DNA of 64,000 nucleotides, taken from assembly GCA_963745835.1 (NCBI GenBank), contig CAVUZH010000016.1:32001-96000 (forward strand), in the 5' to 3' direction. Position numbers and translations under genes: made by a program. The notes beneath the pieces were generated by a model that saw only the letters and a program-made list of their open reading frames with translations, did no database searches and was not told the origin of the DNA. This DNA comes from an uncultured delta proteobacterium. GTDB lineage: Bacteria > Desulfobacterota > Binatia > UBA9968. Shown here piece by piece: positions 12,208-22,976 of this stretch; the stretch's first letter is position 1, and the number at the start of each line of letters is the position of its first letter.

Positions 12208-12444
12208 ATGGATACGTGGAGACCGGAAGAGATCGGTGCCACCGCCGGGAAGGTTTGGAACTTTTTGCATAAGAGCGGTGAGTCAAGCCTGACCGCAGTG
12301 GAACGCGGCGTCGGCGCTCCGAAACAGCTGGTGTGCATGGCGATAGGCTGGCTTGCGCGGGAAGGTAAAATTGCGCTACGCCAGGAAAAACGCACCCTAC
12401 AAGTATGTTTAACGGACGAAGCCCAAAATTCTCGAATGAATTAA
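12208..12444 (+). CDS. DUF2582 winged helix-turn-helix protein
   Basis: IGATAGKVWNFL..AIGWLAREGKI signature; AGGAGG RBS. Confidence 0.8.
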   Translation: MDTWRPEEIGATAGKVWNFLHKSGESSLTAVERGVGAPKQLVCMAIGWLAREGKIALRQEKRTLQVCLTDEAQNSRMN

Positions 12445-12542
12445 ATAAATCACACCCGATCCGTCCTGTGCATCCGCCCAGAAGAGATGAAGCACGCAGA
12501 TAAGATTTCTCGTTAGCAAAATGAATAAGGAGAGCGTGGGGA

Positions 12543-12911
12543 ATGCAAAAGAAAATTGTCATTCATGCTCGAGCCGTCTTTTGTCGCCATGAGTCTTTCG
12601 ATGGCCGGGAGTCCTCTTTTCGCACACCACGGATGGAGCGGCTATGACGCAAGCCGACCGCTAGAATTAAAAGGAAAAATCATCGATTCGGGATACGAAC
12701 ACCCGCACGGGTTTGTCCGCCTTGAAACTGAGAGTAAAACATGGCTCGTGGTACTGGCGCCACCGTCACGAATGGAGCGCAGGAATCTGCCCGCAAACTG
12801 CTGGTTCCGGGTACCGAAGCCACGGTCGTCGGTTATCCGAGCCGGACAGACTCCATCGAATTACGAGCGGAACGTATCCGCATCGGCGGCCGTAGCACCG
12901 AGTTGCGATGA
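12543..12911 (+). CDS. DUF6152 family exported protein (frameshifted)
   Basis: Signal peptide then AHHGWSGYD..YEHPHG..APPSRM; shifted frame ends VVGYPSRTDSIELRAERIRIGGRSTELR*. Confidence 0.7.
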
Positions 12912-12952
12912 CCTTGCGGCGGGTATTTGCCCGTCTTGTCGTGTAGTGGATC

Positions 12953-13447
12953 ATGCATTTGTCTGCTGGCCCGGCCTGGCTCGTTTGGCTCGAATCGACG
13001 CCACTGGCCGAAGCGATGCGCCAATGGCTATGGCTGTATCCCATAGTTGAAATCATTCACATTTTGGGATTGGTTGTGCTGGTTGGCGGCGCCACCCTGT
13101 TCGATTTAAAACTTCTCGGATTTTCTCCGTCCTTGCCGCTCCAGGGACTCGCGTGCGATATTCTTCCCTGGGCTCAATGGAGCTTGCTCGCCATTATTCC
13201 TTCAGGCTTACTGATGTTTATTGCTCACGCCACAGAGATGGCAAGCAACCCGGCGTTCCAAGTCAAACTGTTGTTGCTGGCGGCAGCGGGCCTCAATGCA
13301 CTGGTGTTTCACAAGAGACTATTTCCGACCCTCGGCGCGTGTGATCGCGGCGTACCTCTACCGCGTTCAGCTAAAATACACGCTGTCGTTTCGTTGTCTC
13401 TCTGGGCAGGGGTGATTACGTGCGGGCGCTTACTTGCCTACCTGTGA
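12953..13447 (+). CDS. DUF6644 family 4-TM membrane protein
   Basis: WLESTPLAEAMR..YPIVEIIHILG..SGLLMF..NPAFQVK..GRLLAY. Confidence 0.75.
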   Translation: MHLSAGPAWLVWLESTPLAEAMRQWLWLYPIVEIIHILGLVVLVGGATLFDLKLLGFSPSLPLQGLACDILPWAQWSLLAIIPSGLLMFIAHATEMASNPAFQVKLLLLAAAGLNALVFHKRLFPTLGACDRGVPLPRSAKIHAVVSLSLWAGVITCGRLLAYL

Positions 13448-13540
13448 GATCCCAGCAAGCGCAATAAAGATTCGAAATACCTGATAACGTTTGGAAAGAG
13501 CTTCAAAACAGCGCTCATTTAGGTTTTCAGACGGCTCTCG

Positions 13541-14257
13541 TTACGCGTTTTCTAGCACTTTTCGCAGTTTGTCAGTGTCAACGATGATCCGCCGGCCTTG
13601 ACGCGAAATTATTTCTGCACGGTCAAACTCGTTTAGGTACTCGGTCACCTGCTGGCGCGAACCACCGACGATGCTGGCAATGAGTTCATGACTTAAGTTT
13701 AATGCGATCAAAATACCCCGCGGATCAGTCGTGCCGAAACGATCCGCCAAGTCGAGCAGCTCGACAGCTATCCGTTTACGCAAATCCAGACCTATTCCTT
13801 TGATGCAGTGAATGTACCGGCCATGTCCCGGATCGAGAGCTGCCGCATACCACGGCAGAAAAGTTTCGTAGGCGATCCCTAACAAACTCTCGATAAAGAA
13901 CTGCGGCTTAATGAGTCCTAAACTGCAGTCTTCAAAGGCTTCACATCTGAAAGGATGGCGTTTTTGAGGGAGGAACGAATCGAGTCCGAAAAATTCTCCC
14001 GCTGACAGTAAACTGACAACGGTGTGCCGCTCATTGATACTGATATGAGAGACACTGACGACCCCTGCCAGAAGCAAGTAAACCCAGCGTGCATGTTCGT
14101 CTTGGTCGAAAATGATCTCAGATTTTTCGAAAGTTCTGACGGTACAATGGTGTGCCAGTTTTTCCAACCTTTCAGGTGAAAACCTGGCTAAGTTTTTAAG
14201 TCGCTGGAGATTTTTTACATCGAGACAGTTCATATTGGCGTGCGCGCTAAGTCGCAT
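13541..14257 (-). CDS. Crp/Fnr family transcriptional regulator
   Basis: cNMP-binding domain (IFDQD, GEFFG) plus C-terminal HTH (LSHELIASIVGGSRQQVTE). Confidence 0.88.
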   Translation of the reverse strand: MRLSAHANMNCLDVKNLQRLKNLARFSPERLEKLAHHCTVRTFEKSEIIFDQDEHARWVYLLLAGVVSVSHISINERHTVVSLLSAGEFFGLDSFLPQKRHPFRCEAFEDCSLGLIKPQFFIESLLGIAYETFLPWYAAALDPGHGRYIHCIKGIGLDLRKRIAVELLDLADRFGTTDPRGILIALNLSHELIASIVGGSRQQVTEYLNEFDRAEIISRQGRRIIVDTDKLRKVLENA

Positions 14258-14397
14258 TTACCTGCCAGCTACAATGAATAACAGACCGATCTGGTTCCGA
14301 CAAAGGCGCGTGATTTTCTTTCACTTCGGTAAAGATTGGATCCACGGATCGTCACAATTGCTCGCAGTAGTATATAGTACGATTGAACAGATGATTC

Positions 14398-14413
14398 TGT
14401 CAGATCGCCGACA
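14398..14413. promoter_or_regulatory. candidate Crp-family (CooA-type) operator TGTCA-N6-CGACA
   Basis: tgtca-gatcgc-cgaca ~140 bp upstream of the Crp/Fnr gene. Confidence 0.4.
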
Positions 14414-14616
14414 CCATATCGAGGAGACAGTCACCCGTTAATGGCTGACAGCCACTGCCTGAGCTGTTTGGACGTCGCGACATACTTACGGTCCCGGGAG
14501 AATACGACGGGAGTCGAAGCTTAACCGCGAGATTATTGGTTTAGGCAGTATCGCAGGCGCGAACGGCTAAGCATCAAGCCTACCCTGGTCCATGAATATC
14601 AATCGTGCCGGGGCTT

Positions 14617-15724
14617 TCAAAACTTCACCCTCCCTGCATACCCGGTCATCTCGACATAACCCGATCCGGCAATGGGCTTGTTTCTGATCATTCCGTCAAT
14701 TTGCACAGCCCCTTCCCAATAAGTGACACGCGTGCTGCGGTTGGTGATTAGTTCCTGCTCTGCGAATGGCGGGACAATTTGTAACTCGATCTGCTCGGAA
14801 GGAACAATGACTTTCCACTTCATCGGATACTCGGCGCCGCTCTTCGGGCTTTTCCAACGATCTAAGACTTCGACTCCGATAGTCCTTGATGGTCAGATTC
14901 CGTGTTCTCCCAGCCGCATCGATAATCGTTCCGTGTGAGTACGGATCGACCGAGCCATCCTTGCGGCGCATGAGATAAAGCATGAGTTCGCTTTGATTAT
15001 CGAGTTGAATACTGAACCAGTCCCAGCCGACCTGATCTGGGCCGAGCTGATTGCTGCCAAACTCGTGATCCATCCAGCTCAAACCGCGAACCTTCTCCTT
15101 TTTACCATCCCGTATTAGTTCGCCCTGAGTCTGCATTCGGGTCAACGAGTAATAATAGGATGCGTGACCTTCGCCCTCACCTTTTTGGCTGTAGCCGTTT
15201 TGACCGTGCAGGACCGGCGGCTTTAGCGATTTGAGCTCGAGCCGAAGCTCCGTGCCCCGGTCGTTCACGACAATCTTATGGTTGTTCCGATCGCCCTCGA
15301 GAGTCCAGTCTTCGTTCCATACATAAAAACGCTCAGCCTTGGCGCCGGCCCTGTCACCGAGGCCGCGATTGATCCGCTCACGAAAGAGAAAATCTCTGGC
15401 ATCGATGTTCGAAAGCGCGAAATGTGCCATGTACAATTCGGTAAAGAGCGGCGGTTTGTCTTTGATGTCTTTCTGACGATCGCGCATGCCGAAGCGAAAG
15501 AATGTCACCTGATAACCGAAGCGCTGGCCGCTTTCCGCTTGAAGATGGCCGGTATAGTACCACCATTCGGTCCTGAAATCCGGATGTGAATAATGATCGG
15601 CAGGAAACGAGAGTGCTCTTCCGGGGAGAGCGAGCTTATATGTGAATCCGGTCGTCACCAGAAGAATGCTGACGAGTGCCGCGATCGATGCAGAAAGCCT
15701 GCAGTAGTAGAGACAATATTTCAC
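14617..15724 (-). CDS. AttH/CrtC-like lipocalin-domain secreted protein (frameshift near 14870)
   Basis: FPADHYSHPDFRTEWWYYTG, SWMDHEF, GWDWFSIQL, YWEGAV, GYVEMTGY. Confidence 0.85.
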
Positions 15725-15763
15725 GATTTGCAGAGCCGTTTCGACTAATGTTATAGGGAGCCT

Positions 15764-16597
15764 ATGAATTCAAAATACACTCGTGAAACACTCCTCACAA
15801 CTGCCGAAGATTTGCACAAGAAATTGGGCTTTGAGGATCTTTGTTTGATCGATGTGCGGCCGGCGGAGGACTTTGCCGGCGGCCACCTACCGGGCGCGGT
15901 CCACTTTGATGTGTTCGGTCTGAGCCTCATCGATACGAGCGACGCACCACTCAAGGCCTTCATGCACATGATCCATCACATTTTCGAGCTGCGCGGCATT
16001 AGCGAGAAAAACGAGGTGGTTGTGTATGAGAATCAGTCCGGCATGCGCGCCGCACGGGCGCTGTGGTTCTTAGATTATCTCGGCCATCCCAATGCGCGCA
16101 TGCTCGACGGCGGCATGCAGGCCTGGAAAGCGGCAGGGTTTGCGACTACCACGGAGGCGACTCCCCCTAAAGCCGCCAGCTTTAAAATCAGCGAACGCCG
16201 CGATGTGCTCGCTACGGCACAAGACGTCCTTCAATCGCTCAACAAAAAAGAGACTGCAATTCTCGACACCCGCAGCCGCTCCGAATATCTTGGCACGCAA
16301 ATTCGAGCGGCCCGTGGCGGAGCTATTCCTGGGGCCATCCATATTGAATGGACCGATAACCTGGACAACAGCGGCAAGTTCAAATCCGCCACCGAACTGC
16401 AAGCAATGTACAGCCGGGCTGGCATCACTGCGGATAAAGAAGTGATCCCGTATTGCCAGGGCGGATACCGCTCCGCGCATAGCTACGTCGCGCTGCGTTT
16501 AATCGGCTTCCCTAGGATCCGCAACTACATTGGTTCCTGGAAAGAATGGGGTGACCGCACCGATCTGCCGATCGAACAGCCGGCAGCAAGCAAATGA
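15764..16597 (+). CDS. tandem-rhodanese sulfurtransferase (TST/MST family)
   Basis: GHLPGA, LDGG, IPGA, active-site loop CQGGYRS, YIGSWKEW. Confidence 0.9.
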   Translation: MNSKYTRETLLTTAEDLHKKLGFEDLCLIDVRPAEDFAGGHLPGAVHFDVFGLSLIDTSDAPLKAFMHMIHHIFELRGISEKNEVVVYENQSGMRAARALWFLDYLGHPNARMLDGGMQAWKAAGFATTTEATPPKAASFKISERRDVLATAQDVLQSLNKKETAILDTRSRSEYLGTQIRAARGGAIPGAIHIEWTDNLDNSGKFKSATELQAMYSRAGITADKEVIPYCQGGYRSAHSYVALRLIGFPRIRNYIGSWKEWGDRTDLPIEQPAASK

Positions 16598-17565
16598 CTC
16601 TGTGCCCGGGGAAAATCCACGATCGTCCTTTTACTTTTTGCTCTCGATTTCCTGGCGGCCTCTCCGTTATTCGCAGCCGAAACACGAAAGACCACGTTTT
16701 CTTATTCCGCGGTAAGTATGACTTGGTTTCCCGTTAAAGTGGCCGTGGAGAAAGGTTTCTTTCGAAACGAAGGTCTGGATCCTCAGCTGATTCAAATGAA
16801 CGGCAATGTCGCGACGGTAGCTCTGGCCAATGGCCACATCGACTTCTCATTGAACATTTCCCCTGTGCTCAACGGCGCGATCCAAGGATTAGGGCTGAAG
16901 CTTGTCGGGGTCCTCAATATCCGCCCGTTATTTTCTTTGGTCGTGCGTCCGGAGATCCAATCAGCCACCGACTTAAAGGGTAAAGTTTTCGCGGTGAGTT
17001 CCTTCGGCAACACACAGGCGATTCTTACAGAGAAACATCTTCAGCACTTGGGATTAAAAAAAGGCGAGTACCAATTGCTGGCCATGGGCGCCACCCCATC
17101 GCGGATCGCCGCCATTGAAAAGAACATCGTCCAGGGCAGCTTGATGCCGCTGCCGGCCAACGTTCAAATGGAAACCCGGGGCTATCGCATCTTGGGCAAT
17201 ACCGCGGAAATCGTTACCCATCCGATCGCCGGTCTTGGCGTACACGAAGATAAGATAAAAAAAGATCCGGATACGATCAAAAAGACGCTGCGCGCTTGTC
17301 TGCGAAGTCTCCAACTGTTGCAGAGTAACCCCAAGGAGACACTCAAGATTCTGATAGACTGGACCGGCACTTCGGAAAAAGACGCTCTGCGATCCTTGGG
17401 GCTGGCCAAACCAGGTTTCAGCAGGAATGCCTGGGTAGCCGACGATGACCTCAGCCTGGAGTGGAGTTTCATCCAACAACAGACTAAAGAACTAACGTGC
17501 CGGTTTCCGTCGCGCACGATATGACGCTGCTTAAAGAGGCGCAACGAGACCTCAAGATCCAATAG
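16594..17565 (+). CDS. SsuA/NMT1/THI5-like solute-binding protein (frameshifts at both ends)
   Basis: ATGA overlap with the sulfurtransferase; VAVEKGFFRNEGLD, DLKGKVFAVSSFG. Confidence 0.8.
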
Positions 17566-17580
17566 GAAGAGGAGAACAGT

Positions 17581-18528
17581 ATGCGTAACCTAGATCTGCT
17601 CGCCAGTGATTCATCTCATCTGCCGTTTCTGTTTGTCTTTAAGGAATCCGGTGTCATGGAAAAGTATGGCTATGAAATCGACCTTCACATCGTCGGCGGG
17701 GCCAAAGCGCCGACGATGAAACATCGCGCCAAACTGGCGTTAGCTGGAGAGATTGATTTTCTCAGCGGGCTACACCACGAAACTTATCGAGAACGGGCCA
17801 AGGGTGAAAAGCGGTTAACCTACCTGGCCCAGGCGCAAAACAACTGGGACGACCGGCTCGTAGCGGCGCCGGCTATCAGGAGTATCCAAGATTTGAAAAA
17901 CAAGAAGATTGTCTGCCACTCCAAGGCGCCCTGCGTGTCCGGCAATTTGCGCGCGGTTCTGGAGAGTTGCGGGCTTAATGCGGAGGAAATTAAAATCGAT
18001 GTGATCGACGACAGATCCGGTAAATTCTTGGATTTTGTCGATGAAATCACTTCGGGCAAAGCCGTCGCCGCACTAGTTGATATGCCCTTCGATCTTTACG
18101 GAATCAAAAAGGGATTGCATGTAGTCGATCTTCCTGATCGACCGGTGATTCACAACACTACGCTATTGGCCACCAGCGACTACATCAACGACAATGAAGA
18201 AACGGTTTATGCGTTTCTCAAGGGTTTTATCGAGGCGCTGCATTTTTTTAAAACACAGCCCGACAAAGTCGTAACGATCTTAAAGAAAAATTTATCCCAG
18301 CGTTTTGGACTGGAAGAAGAAGAGTACTATGTCCACCTTCAGCGCGAGTGGGCGAAACTCCTTTCGAAGAAGCCGTATCCGCTACCCAGCGCGATCCAGA
18401 ACGTCTACGATCTCGATGTCGGCAAAGATCCGGCGATGCGTCATATCGGCCCCATGGAACCGTGGGATCTTCATTATCTGCGCGCCATTGACGACACCGG
18501 GTTTATCGACAAGCTCTATGCGGCTTAA
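17581..18528 (+). CDS. SsuA/NMT1-fold protein lacking a signal peptide
   Basis: GVMEKYGYEID, SIQDLKNKKI, FLKGFIEALHFFK, GFIDKLY; no hydrophobic N-terminus after the AGGAG RBS. Confidence 0.7.
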   Translation: MRNLDLLASDSSHLPFLFVFKESGVMEKYGYEIDLHIVGGAKAPTMKHRAKLALAGEIDFLSGLHHETYRERAKGEKRLTYLAQAQNNWDDRLVAAPAIRSIQDLKNKKIVCHSKAPCVSGNLRAVLESCGLNAEEIKIDVIDDRSGKFLDFVDEITSGKAVAALVDMPFDLYGIKKGLHVVDLPDRPVIHNTTLLATSDYINDNEETVYAFLKGFIEALHFFKTQPDKVVTILKKNLSQRFGLEEEEYYVHLQREWAKLLSKKPYPLPSAIQNVYDLDVGKDPAMRHIGPMEPWDLHYLRAIDDTGFIDKLYAA

Positions 18529-18592
18529 ACCGCTTTCATGAAGCTCAGCGTTATGCCAGGCGATGGCTATGGGCAGGATTCTGCTTGAAAGC

Positions 18593-19125
18593 TCACGACG
18601 GCTTTTCGCTATAGGCAGCGGGTTGCGCCATTTCCCAAAAGTACAACGTGTGCACGTTGCCCGCTCCATCACGGTAGGATTTCGCGATCTTCGGGCGGTC
18701 AATCGCCATATCGAAGGTGTACGATACGACGCGAGCACCCGGCTGGAGCTGGGCGCAGCAATAGAGGTTTTAACGCGGTATTGCCATCATGAGATAGGTA
18801 TAAAGTCACCACACTGGCGGAGGACAACTCGGCCGTCATGAAATCCTGATGGCGGACTTCCACACGTTGCTCCAATTTTTCTTGGTTAATCTTCTCACGG
18901 GCCAGTTTCACCAATCCCGGATCCACCTCAAACCCCACGGCTCTGACTCCTATCTTTTTGCTGCGGCAATAAGGACCCGGCCATCACCGGAGCCGAGGTC
19001 ATAGAGTAGATCGCCGTTTTTTACGCCTGCCAGGGTTAAAATCCGATCGACAACTTCTTGCGGCATTGGATCGAAAGGCGCCAACTGTCGAGGAAGCCTC
19101 AAAATTCTAGTAATTGACTATCCAA
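18593..19125 (-). CDS. class I SAM-dependent methyltransferase (several frameshifts)
   Basis: Stitched frames give LAPFDPMPQEVVDRILTLAGV..YDLGSGDGR..SSASVVTLYL..PGARVVSYTFDM. Confidence 0.75.
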
Positions 19126-19427
19126 TCGCGTAAATCCTCCCTTTAGCAGTTAAGCGCCTTCTTCGGAATAGAGGGACCTCGCTGACAGAAGTATCGATTC
19201 CAGTCGCCCCATTTCGACACATTCGTCTGCCGAGACTGTGCCCGATTTTTCTGGAGAAATCATGCAGCAAGCGATGATGAATAATCCTCGCACATAATCT
19301 GACGCAGCGAAATATTTCCCAACCGGAAGCCCTATCACCGGAGAACGGGAAAGTTTTTTACAGACAATTTAGCGGTGACAGGAGTTCAGCAGGGCGATTG
19401 CTCTGCTAAATAGGTAGAGGAGATGAT

Positions 19428-19760
19428 TTATCGCGACTCTAATAGCTCAGAGTCGGAAGCGACCGACGAGGTTTCTATGATAGGTCGAGTAGTTCTACCA
19501 GCGATAAAAAAATAACTCAACGAAGCTATGACTATAACAATCAGGGCATTCGTAAGCATGTCTACCCACAAAAGCTTATGCGTAAGACGCTGCTCCGTGC
19601 GATTATTGACACCCGACCGAGAAGAGATGGTTTGAACCGGACTATCAACAAGGATGCTTCCCGACATTTGCGGTTTTTCGGCGCACCAAACCGGTGATGT
19701 TCCGGTCGCCGGCTTGAGGAGATCTTTCTCAATGGATTTTAACCGGCTGGCCATGTTCAT
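19428..19760 (-). CDS. hypothetical membrane protein
   Basis: 110-aa ORF with one C-proximal hydrophobic segment; GAGG upstream. Confidence 0.4.
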   Translation of the reverse strand: MNMASRLKSIEKDLLKPATGTSPVWCAEKPQMSGSILVDSPVQTISSRSGVNNRTEQRLTHKLLWVDMLTNALIVIVIASLSYFFIAGRTTRPIIETSSVASDSELLESR

Positions 19761-19772
19761 AGCATTAAACCT

Positions 19773-20042
19773 CTAAGAGTTTTGTCTCTGAAGAGCCGCG
19801 GCTTTTCTGGTCACACGGAGGCGGGCAGCAGAGCGGTGAAATTCGCTTTGCGACACGGCGTCTATGCCAGCGTCGTTGGAGCGCTGAGAAGATTTCGACC
19901 GGAATAACTGCCAGTCAAGGTAGTGATCGCATCTACCGCAAAAACCGTTAATGCGCCGCATCCAAGCACTACAGTCGACTAAAACAACCACAAAATCGTA
20001 GTAGCATCTCGGACACCTACGTTTGTTGAGATATTTAAACAT
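19773..20042 (-). CDS. small zinc-ribbon protein (CPRC..CGRC)
   Basis: MFKYLNKRRCPRC..INGFCGRCDHYLDW; similar to 20756-20947. Confidence 0.5.
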   Translation of the reverse strand: MFKYLNKRRCPRCYYDFVVVLVDCSAWMRRINGFCGRCDHYLDWQLFRSKSSQRSNDAGIDAVSQSEFHRSAARLRVTRKAAALQRQNS

Positions 20043-20101
20043 TACTACAGCAGATTCGTCTTTCTCGTGCGCATTCCGTTGCGCCACGCGTATCGTAAAC
20101 C

Positions 20102-20422
20102 CTAGTGAATTGTTATTGCAGTTTCGTTAGCTGCCTTGCGCTTCTTCATGATAACATCGCCTTTCAATCTAAAGATTCTTCCTCGACTACCTCTTTGATT
20201 GGCGATATTCATGCTCATCACTGCGCGATCTAAATCTGGTTCAAAGAACGCGGTATTCTCTTCCATTTTGAACGTAATCATGAACTCTTCGATTGGAATC
20301 GCCCAGGGATCATCGACACCTTCTAGCCGGGTTATCTTGTTAATCGCGTCTCGCTTGCTTCGAGCCGCTACAATGGAGCACTGACCGGCAGTTTTCTGCC
20401 CCACTACCAAAAAGAGTTTCAT
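20102..20422 (-). CDS. hypothetical protein
   Basis: ATG 20422 with GGAGG RBS (MKLFLVVGQK..). Confidence 0.5.
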   Translation of the reverse strand: MKLFLVVGQKTAGQCSIVAARSKRDAINKITRLEGVDDPWAIPIEEFMITFKMEENTAFFEPDLDRAVMSMNIANQRGSRGRIFRLKGDVIMKKRKAANETAITIH

Positions 20423-20755
20423 CCGATCCCTCCGCTGAGTGTATACCGTGAAAAGCAATGGAAGTGCCAAAAATGGAGCCTCCATTAATAGCGCATTTGC
20501 CTACGGCCGGCGGTCAAATGATGACAAGCTTGTCAACCCGTGAACGCTACGTTACATTTTTGTCCGCCACGATATTGTGTTCTAATCAGATATTTAGTTC
20601 GGCCTGTGGAGTTCCACAACCAACAAAGCTCCCAGCACCGCGTCTAGTCGTACTGTGGCGCTACTTACCACCGCTTTCAGCACGTTGGTTTAAATTCATT
20701 GATAACAACTTTGATCCCCGGTTGTGGCGCCTGATCTGCAGAGTTAAGCTGAGAT

Positions 20756-20947
20756 ATGGCTAGATACCTCGCTCGCACGTGTCCGCGGTGTGGAAACGAT
20801 TGGGGTGTGTTTATTGCGGAGTCGAAACGCGGTCGGACTTTCCGGCCGATCCATGCTCTCTGTGCGGGCTGCGGTTATGAGATTGCTTGGGCTCTCATCA
20901 TTTCCCTAGTACGTAGTCAGAGCCGGTCTGACGGCAATTTGAAATAA
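20756..20947 (+). CDS. small zinc-ribbon protein (CPRC..CAGC)
   Basis: MARYLARTCPRC..IHALCAGCGYEIAW; paralog-like to 19773-20042. Confidence 0.55.
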   Translation: MARYLARTCPRCGNDWGVFIAESKRGRTFRPIHALCAGCGYEIAWALIISLVRSQSRSDGNLK

Positions 20948-21070
20948 ACGCGGGCGATTAAACAAGGCCAACGGCGCCGGCGCACTGCTGTGTTATTTGA
21001 CTGACGTCCCAAGGGGATCTGCCGGATTGCAGAAACTTTGCGGGTGCGTCTGCAATCTTAGTAGCAAGCT

Positions 21071-21538
21071 CTAATCGCCTTTCAGCTTCCGCTGCAGTTC
21101 GTCAAGCAGCATCAATTGCCCTTCCAGGATTTTTTCTCTGGCGAGTTCTATGCTGAACCATCCGGCTCGATCCACTTCCGGAAATTCCTTACGTCTGCCG
21201 GAGCGCGGCGGCCATTCCATTGTGAAAGAATTACTTTTTATGAATTCCGCTCTACAATCGCCTTCCACGGCCCATGCGTGTACTAGCTTGCCGCCCGCCT
21301 GCCGCACCGGACCAAGAGCAATGAAACTGCCAATTACCGCAAATCCTGTTTCCTCTTGAAACTCGCGCTTGGCTGCTTCGAAGGGATCTTCACCCTTGTC
21401 AAATTCTCCTTTGGGTATCGACCACGCTCCAACATCTTTGTTCTTCCAAAACGGACCACCCGGATGCACGAGAAAAATCTCCAACTTAGAAGCACAGTAT
21501 CGATACATCAGTATGCCGGCGCTTTCTTTTTTGGCCAT
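21071..21538 (-). CDS. NUDIX hydrolase
   Basis: HPGGPFW..WSIPKGE..AAKREFQEETG Nudix box..FPEVDRA. Confidence 0.9.
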   Translation of the reverse strand: MAKKESAGILMYRYCASKLEIFLVHPGGPFWKNKDVGAWSIPKGEFDKGEDPFEAAKREFQEETGFAVIGSFIALGPVRQAGGKLVHAWAVEGDCRAEFIKSNSFTMEWPPRSGRRKEFPEVDRAGWFSIELAREKILEGQLMLLDELQRKLKGD

Positions 21539-21679
21539 CTTCCTTACTCATCCAAACAGGTTTACAGAGCTGTTCACGACAAGCATCTCACGGCAGTGGG
21601 AAAATCATTGGTCTATGGTTTAGCGATTTTGCTAAAAAGATAAAAGAGATTAAGGATAACCGCGAATAATTGAAACCGA

Positions 21680-22771
21680 ATGCGTATCATCGTTCATATC
21701 GATATGGACGCGTTCTACGCGGCAGTAGAGGAGCGCTATAACCCGAGCCTGCGTGGAGTTCCGGTGGTCGTCGGTGCTGATCCTAAGGAGGGACGCGGAA
21801 GAGGTGTGGTGACGACGGCTAATTACAAAGCGCGGAGATTCGGCATTCATTCGGCCCTGCCGATCTCGCGCGCTTGGCGACTTGCGCAAGCGGCGTGCAA
21901 ACGAGGCGAAGCCGAAACGGTATTCATTCGTTCAAACTTTCAGCTTTACGAGACGGTTTCCAGCCGGATCATGCAGATCTTAATGCGCTCGGCGGATGCC
22001 GTTGAGGAAGCCAGTATCGACGAGGCCTACCTGGATGTCTCGTCGCTCGATTCCTTCGACGCGGCTCTAGAGCGCATGGCGGCGCTCAAGGCGGAGATCT
22101 TCGAGAAGGAAGAGCTCGGCTGCTCTGTTGGGATTGGCCCGAACAAGCTGATCGCCAAAATCGCATCCGGCCTAAATAAGCCTGATGGGTTGACAACCGT
22201 AACTTATGAGGAGGCTCGGGAATTCATCGATCCTCTTCCAATCCGTGTAATTCCCGGCGTTGGGCCCAAGGGCGAAGCCTTTCTGCACCAGCAAAACATT
22301 CGACTGGTGAGAGAACTACGAGAGATCCCGGAAACGAGGCTGACACAGTGGTTTGGCAGTTGGGGGCTGCGTCTGTTCGAAAAGGCGCAGGGGCTGGATG
22401 ATTCTCCAGTGTCGAACGAGTGGATACGAAAATCGATAGGCGAGCAGGAAACCTTCGAGCAGGATAGCCGAGAGCTCGCTGTGGTAAGAGAGCAACTTTT
22501 TGGTATGGCAGAGCGGGTTGCTACAAAATTCGGGAAAAGTGAATTTTCAGGATTTCGGACTATGACACTGACCGTGCGCTTCTCTGATTTTGACACTCGC
22601 AATCGTTCTCGAACCATTAAAAATGGCGTCCGGGTCGATAGCACCGGAGAAGCGTTGCAACTGATCAAGAAGGAAGCGCTGGAGCTTCTGTTACCCTTTT
22701 TCGATGCGCGGGAAAACCCTCGGGGCAAAGCGATCCGGCTGATCGGTTTGCGTTTCGAAAAACTATTTTGA
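21680..22771 (+). CDS. dinB: DNA polymerase IV (Y family)
   Basis: HIDMDAFYAAVE, NYKARRFG, SIDEAYLD, AKIAS..KPDG. Confidence 0.93.
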   Translation: MRIIVHIDMDAFYAAVEERYNPSLRGVPVVVGADPKEGRGRGVVTTANYKARRFGIHSALPISRAWRLAQAACKRGEAETVFIRSNFQLYETVSSRIMQILMRSADAVEEASIDEAYLDVSSLDSFDAALERMAALKAEIFEKEELGCSVGIGPNKLIAKIASGLNKPDGLTTVTYEEAREFIDPLPIRVIPGVGPKGEAFLHQQNIRLVRELREIPETRLTQWFGSWGLRLFEKAQGLDDSPVSNEWIRKSIGEQETFEQDSRELAVVREQLFGMAERVATKFGKSEFSGFRTMTLTVRFSDFDTRNRSRTIKNGVRVDSTGEALQLIKKEALELLLPFFDARENPRGKAIRLIGLRFEKLF

Positions 22772-22976
22772 ATTCACGAAAGCTCGTAGCTCTTCGAGTT
22801 TCAGCGGAGTTCCTGCGACCAGCGCTCCGGGAGTTTTGCGGATCTGAAAAGAAATCAACAGTTGGCTATTTTCAATAGATTGTCGGATGACGCATCCGGA
22901 TTAAGAGTCAGTAATCCGGACGCTCCCGTGCTCGAATTGATTGGGTGTAGAAAAACGGCTCTGCCTGATTCCGCCC

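Noticed and set aside
21680-22771. dinB as part of an imuABC cassette or prophage
   Set aside because: Intact catalytic motifs; no imuA/dnaE2 or phage genes adjacent
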